In this document: piece by piece, positions 56,678 to 64,000 of the stretch
How positions within the stretch are numbered: position 1 is the first letter of the stretch
Layout: each line of letters begins with the position of its first letter
Virus record (IMG/VR): IMGVR_UViG_3300042922_000346
Location: 650 to 64,649 of that record
Origin: a virus
Length of the DNA: 64,000 bases
Strand: one strand, 5' to 3'
The notes under the pieces: generated by a model
Database searches by the model: none
Told to the model about the DNA's origin: nothing
What the model saw: the letters and a program-made list of their open reading frames with translations, nothing else
Position numbers and translations under genes: made by a program

Positions 56678-57271
56678 TTAACTTATAGGAGTATTAAAAT
56701 CAATTTCTATATTCTTCCTTGATGCTAAATAATCTGATAATGCTACAATAGCATCTAATTTCGTCTTTGGTAAAGGTAATACAACATTACTATACTTATT
56801 AGTATTCCATTGACTCATATGACAATTTATACATTGGAATAATATATCGGATGTACCCATACAAGTATTTTCTAAAGCATCCATTACTTTTGTATTTTTA
56901 CTTAACAATTCGGTAATTATTAATGGATGTTCATGTACTGTGAAATTACTTTGCTCTATACCAGATTTTGCTCCATCATGTAATATTCCTGCTACTATGA
57001 AAATATCTCTTTCATTATCTGTAAAATCAAATAATGTTTTAAATTGTATCATATTTAATCCTATTCTCACAAGTGCCTTAGAATGTCTTACAAGTCCACC
57101 ATCTCCCAAGCAATAACTAGGGTGATATTTACCTGTGCTAGATGCAGGAATAGTGAAAAAATAATCTGGAACAACTTCTGCTAAAGCTACCATTACAGCA
57201 ATTTTCATATTTGGATTTTTTATTGCATTTATTTCATCATGAAACAATTCTATTTTTTCTTTTGGTGTCAT
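56678..57271 (-). CDS. HD-domain phosphohydrolase
   Basis: H...HD...D pattern: KYHPSY...AGILHDGAKSG...H. Confidence 0.55.
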   Translation of the reverse strand: MTPKEKIELFHDEINAIKNPNMKIAVMVALAEVVPDYFFTIPASSTGKYHPSYCLGDGGLVRHSKALVRIGLNMIQFKTLFDFTDNERDIFIVAGILHDGAKSGIEQSNFTVHEHPLIITELLSKNTKVMDALENTCMGTSDILFQCINCHMSQWNTNKYSNVVLPLPKTKLDAIVALSDYLASRKNIEIDFNTPIS

Positions 57272-57272
57272 A

Positions 57273-57836
57273 TTACTTCACCAACTTTGCTAAATATTTT
57301 TCTCTTTTATTAAGTGCTTTAAGCCGTTCGTCTATCTTAGCATCAAATTCTTTTATTTCCTTATTGATGTTATAATAATCTCTTTTTATTTCAGCTTTCG
57401 CTTTTGCTATTTTAAGTCCAGTAACTTCATTATATTCATCTTCTGGTAAACATTTTGCAACACCTTTGAATATTTTATTCCCTTCTTTAACAATATATAT
57501 AATAGCAGGATAACTATAAATTATTTTACCATTTGGTAATGGTATAACCCTATCTTCTTTTGCATTGAAGATATTCCATGTATTTTCTTTTTTAGTTTCT
57601 ACAAATTCAAGCATATCACTTGACCAACTATATGACCCATTATCTATATCTAATAAATATCTAACATTTTCATAATCTAAAGAGTTATTCATATAATCTA
57701 CAATTTTAACTTTAGCTTCTTTACCTTTAAATTCTTTCATTTTAAAAACAAATCCACATCCGTTATATAATTCAGAAGTAACTAAATCTTCTTTTATTTT
57801 TACTCTATCTCCAATTATAAATAATTTCTTTCCCAT
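57273..57836 (-). CDS. hypothetical protein (187 aa)
   Basis: ORF 1 nt after next gene stop. Confidence 0.5.
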   Translation of the reverse strand: MGKKLFIIGDRVKIKEDLVTSELYNGCGFVFKMKEFKGKEAKVKIVDYMNNSLDYENVRYLLDIDNGSYSWSSDMLEFVETKKENTWNIFNAKEDRVIPLPNGKIIYSYPAIIYIVKEGNKIFKGVAKCLPEDEYNEVTGLKIAKAKAEIKRDYYNINKEIKEFDAKIDERLKALNKREKYLAKLVK

Positions 57837-57837
57837 A

Positions 57838-58368
57838 TTATCGCGCTCCTTCGTTTTTATTATTTGATAAAAGTTCTATAATAATATATTGTATAGCTAT
57901 TAAAGTTTTTGTATCTTTAATGCTTATTTGTAATAATTGATTGATATCAAACCATTCTACTGATTCAACATCAGAATCTTCTACTATTGTACTAACTCCT
58001 ATTCCATCATATTCAACAACAAATATTGAACTCGTAGCATCACTACTACCACAAATCATATAATATTCTCTAACCAGTTGTGGAACAGATAATTTATCTT
58101 TTGGTAAATTACATTCCTCTTGAAGTTCTTCAATAAGAATATCTTCTGGAGATTTGTCTTTATCAATGCATCCAGCAGGAAGTTCGTATAAATATTGCTC
58201 AACACAAGGTCTATACTGTTTAACTAAAGCTACTTTCCCCACATTATCTATTACAATTGCAGAAACAGCACTCTTTATGTGTAGCTTTTCTCTTGTGACA
58301 GGGTTTCCTTTAATTAAGCTGTCAATTTTTTCAACTTTATGCCAACCATTATAAACTATTTCACTCAT
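57838..58368 (-). CDS. Nudix hydrolase, ADP-ribose pyrophosphatase-like with degenerate Nudix box
   Basis: YELPAGCIDKDKSPEDILIEELQEECNL aligns to lElPAGkid.gEsp.eaAiRELkEEtGl with R-to-E and G-to-N substitutions. Confidence 0.45.
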   Translation of the reverse strand: MSEIVYNGWHKVEKIDSLIKGNPVTREKLHIKSAVSAIVIDNVGKVALVKQYRPCVEQYLYELPAGCIDKDKSPEDILIEELQEECNLPKDKLSVPQLVREYYMICGSSDATSSIFVVEYDGIGVSTIVEDSDVESVEWFDINQLLQISIKDTKTLIAIQYIIIELLSNNKNEGAR

Positions 58369-58375
58369 TAAATTA

Positions 58376-58654
58376 TCACCTTACCCTTATAATATCATTA
58401 TTTTGGTTTATTATTTCTGATATATTATTTGATGATACAATAATTGGTATAGGTAATATTTTTTTATAATTTTCATAACTATCTGTAGAAACTACCATAA
58501 CATAAAGTCCATTTTCATCAACCATACCTACTTTACCTAAATTACCATATGATGTATATTTATTATCTTTTGTTGTAAAACTAATAACATCTCCAACGTT
58601 TATATCATATTCTTTTATTGTTGGTATATTTACATTAACTTTAATTTTACCCAT
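58376..58654 (-). CDS. hypothetical protein (92 aa)
   Basis: ORF; ATGA overlap with upstream gene. Confidence 0.45.
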   Translation of the reverse strand: MGKIKVNVNIPTIKEYDINVGDVISFTTKDNKYTSYGNLGKVGMVDENGLYVMVVSTDSYENYKKILPIPIIVSSNNISEIINQNNDIIRVR

Positions 58655-58842
58655 TAATATTCCTCCTTACAATAATCCTTCAATTCATTTTTAATCTTTT
58701 GCTTATTCTTCTCTTTATTTTCTTCTTCTTCATGAAACCCTGTTTTAAACTCTGGTTTATATACTTTACCTTCTCTATTTAATAATAAATCTTTACCACT
58801 TATAACCATAGTACTCTTCTCTTTTTTCTTAGATTTACCCAT
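58654..58842 (-). CDS. hypothetical Lys/Glu-rich protein (62 aa)
   Basis: ORF. Confidence 0.4.
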   Translation of the reverse strand: MGKSKKKEKSTMVISGKDLLLNREGKVYKPEFKTGFHEEEENKEKNKQKIKNELKDYCKEEY

Positions 58843-59481
58843 TTATACCTCCGTTAAAACATCCTTACTTTCATAAACATCATGAAGTTTATAATAAATT
58901 AGATTAGGGTCTTTTTTAAAATGATTTATATTATCGTGAGATTGTGCAGGAGATATTCCTAACATAATCTCACGTAGCATAGAGTAATGTTTGTGTGTTT
59001 TTGAATGAGCATATTTATGCCATTCCTCCTTATTGTCTTGAATTAACCAGTTTCTCATTTGTGTTGCTGATACTGGGGTTAATGCTCTTGGAACAACTAT
59101 TCTTAAAGTTGTCCTCATTTCATCATCTGTAAACCAACCATTTACCTTTTCATCTCCAAACATACATACATCTGGCTGTTTACCCATATATTGATTAACT
59201 GTATTTAATAAGTATTGAGTCCAATTTGAACTCATATCATGTTTATCAATTAAATCGCTTATTGGTTTAACAATAACTCTATCTCCATAAATTTCCTCAA
59301 TTAACTTTATTCTTAATTTAATATCGTATGGATTTTCATAAGTGCCGTACTCTTGACTACTTCCAACTAAAACTAATATTCTATCACATATCTGCAAACC
59401 AGTATCAATAACACTACAATGTCCTATGTGAATATGTTGAAATCTTCCGATATATAATCCTAAATCTGGGTTAGTTAACAT
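58843..59481 (-). CDS. nicotinamide/nicotinate mononucleotide adenylyltransferase (NadM/NatV-type NMNAT)
   Basis: N-terminal nucleotidyltransferase signature LGLYIGRFQHIHIGH ((H/T)xGH motif). Confidence 0.65.
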   Translation of the reverse strand: MLTNPDLGLYIGRFQHIHIGHCSVIDTGLQICDRILVLVGSSQEYGTYENPYDIKLRIKLIEEIYGDRVIVKPISDLIDKHDMSSNWTQYLLNTVNQYMGKQPDVCMFGDEKVNGWFTDDEMRTTLRIVVPRALTPVSATQMRNWLIQDNKEEWHKYAHSKTHKHYSMLREIMLGISPAQSHDNINHFKKDPNLIYYKLHDVYESKDVLTEV

Positions 59482-59485
59482 AACA

Positions 59486-59695
59486 TCATCTCCTTATCAA
59501 TATAACTAGTATTATTAAAAATCCTATAAATAATCCAAATTTTATAATAAGTATTTTTAATAATTCATCTTCAATAGCTTTTTTAATTACTTTAGTATCT
59601 TTTTTCTTTTTTAATTGTCTTGGAAAATGTAAATTTTTAGGTACTTTGATTGACACGCTTTGTTTTTGAGTAAATCCAGTTTTGCCCATCGTCAA
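59486..59695 (-). CDS. small protein with C-terminal TM helix (69 aa)
   Basis: LKILIIKFGLFIGFLIILVILI. Confidence 0.4.
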   Translation of the reverse strand: MTMGKTGFTQKQSVSIKVPKNLHFPRQLKKKKDTKVIKKAIEDELLKILIIKFGLFIGFLIILVILIRR

Positions 59696-59705
59696 CTTCC
59701 TCCTT

Positions 59706-59734
59706 ATTGTAACACTTTAATTTATGTTTGTCAA
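59706..59734 (-). promoter_or_regulatory. near-consensus sigma-A promoter P6 (TTGACA-17-TACAAT, TGt extended -10); -35 overlaps upstream hairpin
   Basis: Reverse complement TTGACAaacataaattaaagtgtTACAAT; hairpin CAAGGGGATTAACCCCTTG at 59731-59749. Confidence 0.6.
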
Positions 59735-59753
59735 GGGGATTAACCCCTTGAAT

Positions 59754-61154
59754 TTATTTTATATCATATTTCTCATGAAACGAATTAATTAAAGCTTGTG
59801 TTTCTTTTGATAATAATATTTTTTCTTGTGTTGTTTTTTGAGCATATGCCCTGCTCCTTACTTCATCAAAATGTCTAGAATTAACTGTTGCGATATATGC
59901 TTCATTACCAGATGGAATATATTCATATATTACTTCATATAAGCCTTCTCCGTCCCCATCTTGAACAACCATGTCGCCATTATTATAAGTTAAATGAACT
60001 ATATTTGGAATAGATTGTTTTATTGGTTCAGTTGGCACAAGTTTCATTCTTGGTTGACCATTTGAAAAGGCTGTTTTCATTGCCCATCCCAAAGTGTCTC
60101 TTTCAAGATTCTTATAAAATCCTGCTCCAATTCCATAATTTACAAAATTAATTGGCACATCATAATCTAACAATTTAGAATCAAATTTCTTAGCTTCTTC
60201 AAAAGACATTCCTTCACCAACAATTACCGCACAGCTATTTAATAAATCATTTTCTTTAGCAATTTTATATATTGCTACTGTTTGGTCAAATATATCTCCA
60301 CTATCTGGTCGCCAAACAACTTTTACACCTTTTGATTTAGCATATTCAGTTAATGGAGTTACCCATTTATTAATTACATTCCATGCATTATAGGTATCTA
60401 TAACCATTGCTACAATACCTTCTCCTACTTCTTTTGTTGCATCTATAGTATGAATAAAACATTCATATTCATCATCAAATTGTTGAGTTACTTTGTGTGC
60501 TAAAGCAGAGATTGAACCCATAACGCCATTTGGCATGTGTTGAAAAACATGAAAATCATCTGTGCCTTGTAAGAACAATGACCAAGCTGTTCCTGCAAAA
60601 TAAGAATCTTCTAAACTTTTATGACCTCTAAATCCAAAACTATGAAACTTCCATAGAAATCCATCATCATAACCAAATTGATTTTGTCTTTCAACTAAAT
60701 ATTTTTTCATATTAAATGCTTCTGTAGCACATGCACTTGGAAACCAACCATGCATAAGAATTGCTTCTAACCATGTAACCATTTCTCCAAAACCCTTTAC
60801 TGTGTTTCTTATTTGAGCAAATGGTGTATTGATTGGACAATAAGTCCCTTCTGGTAACATTTCAATCTTTATTGGGATTCTACCATTACACTCCGTAACG
60901 ACTCTCTTCCACAATTCCTTTGGAAAACTTAATCCTCTTTGTTCAGCTAATTTATCAGCTTTATTTACCATACTCATAGTAATTTTCTTAGAAAGAATAC
61001 TATTTACAATTTCCTTTAGTCCATATAATATCATTGGGTTTGCTCTATTATACATATGAGAAACCTCAAAATCTGTATTTACTTTTAATCTTTCATGGGA
61101 AAGATTATAAACATCTGTTAGCATTATTGGGTTCTTTCTTATATCTCCTAACAT
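59754..61154 (-). CDS. nadV: nicotinamide phosphoribosyltransferase (NadV/NAMPT)
   Basis: 466 aa; blocks GFRGHKS, DSGD, GIGAGFYKNLERDTLGWAMK characteristic of NAMPT family. Confidence 0.75.
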   Translation of the reverse strand: MLGDIRKNPIMLTDVYNLSHERLKVNTDFEVSHMYNRANPMILYGLKEIVNSILSKKITMSMVNKADKLAEQRGLSFPKELWKRVVTECNGRIPIKIEMLPEGTYCPINTPFAQIRNTVKGFGEMVTWLEAILMHGWFPSACATEAFNMKKYLVERQNQFGYDDGFLWKFHSFGFRGHKSLEDSYFAGTAWSLFLQGTDDFHVFQHMPNGVMGSISALAHKVTQQFDDEYECFIHTIDATKEVGEGIVAMVIDTYNAWNVINKWVTPLTEYAKSKGVKVVWRPDSGDIFDQTVAIYKIAKENDLLNSCAVIVGEGMSFEEAKKFDSKLLDYDVPINFVNYGIGAGFYKNLERDTLGWAMKTAFSNGQPRMKLVPTEPIKQSIPNIVHLTYNNGDMVVQDGDGEGLYEVIYEYIPSGNEAYIATVNSRHFDEVRSRAYAQKTTQEKILLSKETQALINSFHEKYDIK

Positions 61155-61164
61155 ATTATCCCTC

Positions 61165-61440
61165 CTAAACTTCTAGTGATAGACTTAATCTATCCTTTAA
61201 TATAACTTCTTTAACAGGTTCTTGATAAAATAAACTTCCATTACTTATTCTCTCTTCTAATTGTCCAAGACTTTCATAATTACTTACTATTTTAATATTT
61301 TTTAAATCTAATAAACTAGCTTTATAATTATAACCTTGACAAGATTCTACTATCATATATAAACTTCCACCTGTTGTTACTAAAACATCACCATAAGCTA
61401 ATTTGCATGAGTTTTTTGTTGTATCAAAATTTATCTTCAT
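61165..61440 (-). CDS. hypothetical protein (91 aa)
   Basis: ORF. Confidence 0.45.
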   Translation of the reverse strand: MKINFDTTKNSCKLAYGDVLVTTGGSLYMIVESCQGYNYKASLLDLKNIKIVSNYESLGQLEERISNGSLFYQEPVKEVILKDRLSLSLEV

Positions 61441-61452
61441 ATTATCATCCTC

Positions 61453-62214
61453 CTAATATCTATTCTTTCTTTTTATTATTCTATAAATAACATATATAAT
61501 AATTATTAAAACAATCAAACTAATTATGTCCCATAAAACTGACCTAACTCCTCCGTATACTGGAGCATATCCTCCACTAGTATATCCATCTGCATAAATT
61601 GGTCTATTATCATTTGTTACTGCTCTATAAAACCAATAATGTGACCAAAAATTATTCCAACTACTACCACTATTATCATAATAACCATTGGTATTATATC
61701 CTGCGTTGTATCCACTAGAATTATTTGAACTTTGAGTTGACGTAGTATTTCCAGAAGTTAAACCAGACGAACTAGGTTTAACCGATATAGCTGAACCACC
61801 TGTTACTGTTGTTCCAGAAGAACTTGGCTTAACTGTAGTTGAAGTTGAACTGCTCGGTTTAGTAGTTGTACTTGTACTGGGTTTAGTGGTTGTACTACTA
61901 CTTGGAGCAATAGTTGTGGAAGTAGAAGGTTTCGTAGTAGTTGATGTGCTAGGTTTTACAGTTGTAGACGTTGAAGGTTTTGTCGTGGTTGTAGACGTAC
62001 TTGGCTTAATGGTCGTAGTTGATGTTGAAGGTTTAACTGTACTAGTACTTGTACTAGGTTTTGATACACTAGTTGATGTACTAGGTCTACTAACTGAACT
62101 GGTACTTGGTCTACTTACACTCGTTGATGATTTTGCAAATCCAATTTCACCTGTAAACATAATTAACATTATGGTCGTTATAATTGATACTAAAATCTTA
62201 TTACCTTTTTTCAT
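61453..62214 (-). CDS. Ser/Thr/Pro-rich mucin-like type I membrane protein with tandem KPSTSTTT repeats
   Basis: Signal peptide, ~130 aa of (V)KPSTSTTT repeats, Gly/Tyr/Asn-rich segment, C-terminal TM LIVLIIIIYVIY and basic tail. Confidence 0.6.
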   Translation of the reverse strand: MKKGNKILVSIITTIMLIMFTGEIGFAKSSTSVSRPSTSSVSRPSTSTSVSKPSTSTSTVKPSTSTTTIKPSTSTTTTKPSTSTTVKPSTSTTTKPSTSTTIAPSSSTTTKPSTSTTTKPSSSTSTTVKPSSSGTTVTGGSAISVKPSSSGLTSGNTTSTQSSNNSSGYNAGYNTNGYYDNSGSSWNNFWSHYWFYRAVTNDNRPIYADGYTSGGYAPVYGGVRSVLWDIISLIVLIIIIYVIYRIIKRKNRY

Positions 62215-62232
62215 TTCCCCACACTCCTTAAT

Positions 62233-62436
62233 TTATATATTTCTATATGCCATTATTTTTGATTTTACTACAGAAGTCCAAATAGTTGATTCAACTCCTT
62301 TATCATCAACTACAACTTCTGGAACAACGAAATCTAAACCATCTGGAATTTCAGTTAATGCTTTCTTCATTTCCTCCCAATTATAAGTTGTGAAAATCAA
62401 TGTTCCACCATCCATTACTAATATTACTTTACTCAT
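62233..62436 (-). CDS. hypothetical protein (67 aa)
   Basis: First ORF after promoter P7. Confidence 0.45.
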   Translation of the reverse strand: MSKVILVMDGGTLIFTTYNWEEMKKALTEIPDGLDFVVPEVVVDDKGVESTIWTSVVKSKIMAYRNI

Positions 62437-62482
62437 AATACCATCTCCCTTTGTTTTTATTATTTCTCTTGACTACTATTAT

Positions 62483-62511
62483 ATTATAACACTTTAATTT
62501 CTTTTTGTAAA
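62483..62511 (-). promoter_or_regulatory. sigma-A promoter P7 (TTTACA-17-TATAAT, TGt extended -10)
   Basis: Reverse complement TTTACAaaaagaaattaaagtgtTATAAT. Confidence 0.6.
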
Positions 62512-62537
62512 CTATTTATTATCGACATCTTTCGACT

Positions 62538-62795
62538 TTATTTTAAGTATTTTGACTTTATCCTAAGTAATTTAAAAACTGTTTCTCCTGCTGATAATTC
62601 TAAATCTGCTATTATAATAGCTATATCAATTACAGTTATACCTATTATATTTATTACTGGGATTAATATAAGCACTATTAAACCTCCCACAAAATCTCCA
62701 TCAATATCATATGGGTCTACCCTTTTAAGTCCTATTCTTAATATAAATAATGAAATAATTATTGTAACTATCCATAATAAAACAAATATCATCAT
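62538..62795 (-). CDS. small membrane protein (85 aa, two TM helices)
   Basis: Hydrophobic profile. Confidence 0.45.
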   Translation of the reverse strand: MMIFVLLWIVTIIISLFILRIGLKRVDPYDIDGDFVGGLIVLILIPVINIIGITVIDIAIIIADLELSAGETVFKLLRIKSKYLK

Positions 62796-62806
62796 ATTAT
62801 CTCCTC

Positions 62807-63907
62807 CTAAATATTATAAATTAATTTTTTGTTTGTTGCCCATCTAGCAATAAATTCTTGTTCTACTTTTGTAGTTGGTCTATTATATTTCCCTTTAGTT
62901 TGTTTAATCTCACCATTCCTTACTTCTATCGTTACTAGACTATCTTCTGGCATAGTTTTATATCTCATAAAATAAATTTTACATTTACTTGATATAATAT
63001 CATCAACATAAGAAGCTACACAATGACTGAGATTAGTGCCTTCTGCTACAACATCTTTAACTGATTTTGGATTTATAATGGTATAATTTTCATAAGTATA
63101 TAATAACTTAAGATACTCCTCTTTGTCAACTATATTTTGCAATTTTTGTTCTTTTATTTTATCTTTGTTTGTATTGTAATTCATCAAGGTTATATCATGC
63201 ATCTTTTTTAATGATTCTGGATATTTGGTATATTCATGTTTCAAGTCTATACTCATACGAATATAATCACGTAATAAGATACTAGCATCCGAAGGTGAAG
63301 AAATACCTTGTTGAAGTTTAACTTCTCTTGTTAAATAAGTACAAAGGTTTATAATGTTATTATATTTATATTCGGTATATAATTCAATTAAAGTATCACA
63401 ACAATTAAATAAACTAGCTATACGAGCTTCTTCATTAAATATTTTAATGATTATTTTAAATTTATTGATATCGAAAATTTTAGATAAATTATTGAGTTTA
63501 ATTATATTATAATTGTCTATTTTAAAACCGTTATTTAATAATACCCCTAAAGAAAATTTAGATATTCCTATCATATCATTAACTTTTGTTGCTCCCTTTG
63601 AAATATTCCTAATTATACTATCAGACATATTCCATATATCAGATAATTGAGTATAATTCATGCCATACATTCCAAATACTTGTATAAATGAATATTTATA
63701 CATTAATCTATACAATGCTCTTAACCTTTTCGTAGATAACTCATAATTCATTCTTCCTAATCTATAAAATGCAGTTTCATAAACAGCTTTATTTTTTTCA
63801 GTTGCTATTGCATTAAGAAGTATTTTCTCTGGAATATTTTGAAGTAAATTATTAAGAAGATTATTTCTTTTATTTGTATCATAAGATATTTCAATGTTAT
63901 TTTTCAT
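62807..63907 (-). CDS. hypothetical protein (366 aa)
   Basis: Long ORF, no motif recognised. Confidence 0.5.
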   Translation of the reverse strand: MKNNIEISYDTNKRNNLLNNLLQNIPEKILLNAIATEKNKAVYETAFYRLGRMNYELSTKRLRALYRLMYKYSFIQVFGMYGMNYTQLSDIWNMSDSIIRNISKGATKVNDMIGISKFSLGVLLNNGFKIDNYNIIKLNNLSKIFDINKFKIIIKIFNEEARIASLFNCCDTLIELYTEYKYNNIINLCTYLTREVKLQQGISSPSDASILLRDYIRMSIDLKHEYTKYPESLKKMHDITLMNYNTNKDKIKEQKLQNIVDKEEYLKLLYTYENYTIINPKSVKDVVAEGTNLSHCVASYVDDIISSKCKIYFMRYKTMPEDSLVTIEVRNGEIKQTKGKYNRPTTKVEQEFIARWATNKKLIYNI

Positions 63908-64000
63908 TATTTTGAATATATTATTTTTAAAACTATATTCAAAACGATAAACAATAGGAATATCTATAAATTCTAAAGATTTTCATTCTTCAACAACACA

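Noticed and set aside
62520-62580. Direct repeats TTTGACTTTATyyTAAGTA as regulatory iterons
   Set aside because: They lie within the 3' coding end of 62538-62795 and encode its C-terminus, so they are more likely coincidental.
1-64000. tRNA genes, rRNA, CRISPR arrays, transposases/IS elements
   Set aside because: All intergenic gaps over 50 bp were inspected and none shows a cloverleaf-compatible arrangement. No spaced direct-repeat array or transposase-like ORF was seen.
63908-64000. Partial minus-strand gene running off the window end
   Set aside because: All three minus-strand frames hit stop codons within the last 30 nt, so no ORF crosses the edge.

Overview
An AT-rich (about 28-30 % GC) window that reads as part of a large temperate phage or prophage of a low-GC Firmicute, Clostridium-like by composition; the host is not identified. 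Positions 1-25518 are one plus-strand late/structural arm. It contains a lysis cassette (XhlA-like protein, Amidase_3 endolysin with two PG_binding_1 repeats, two holin-like membrane proteins) placed unexpectedly upstream of a 1884-aa tape-measure gene. It then runs Dit-like, BppU-like, XkdV/W/X-like tail genes, an attenuator, a second tail-tip module (Tal-like protein, a 1018-aa repeat-rich fibre, another fibre) and a papain-like peptidase + SPOR lysin. A tyrosine recombinase (25656-26615) sits at the junction and is convergent with the minus-strand arm across a shared bidirectional terminator. The remaining ~37 kb is a minus-strand early/replication arm. Its recognisable products are a DnaE-type polymerase, RusA-like resolvase, HAD 5'-nucleotidase, ClpP-like protease, dUTPase, MazG, NrdD/NrdG, a 3D-domain protein, ThyX, Gmk, an SPFH/band-7 protein, a Cas4-like PD-(D/E)XK nuclease, a primase-like protein, a DnaB-like helicase, an AAA_24 ATPase, a two-subunit type II topoisomerase, a RecD-like helicase, an HD hydrolase and a Nudix + NMNAT + NadV NAD+ salvage set. 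This arm is divided into at least seven operons by a family of near-identical consensus sigma-A promoters (TTGACA, exactly 17 bp, TATAAT, mostly with an extended -10 TG and a conserved AAAGAAATTAAAGTG spacer). No rRNA, tRNA, CRISPR array or transposase was found. Every call rests on motifs read by eye from the translations; no searches were run.
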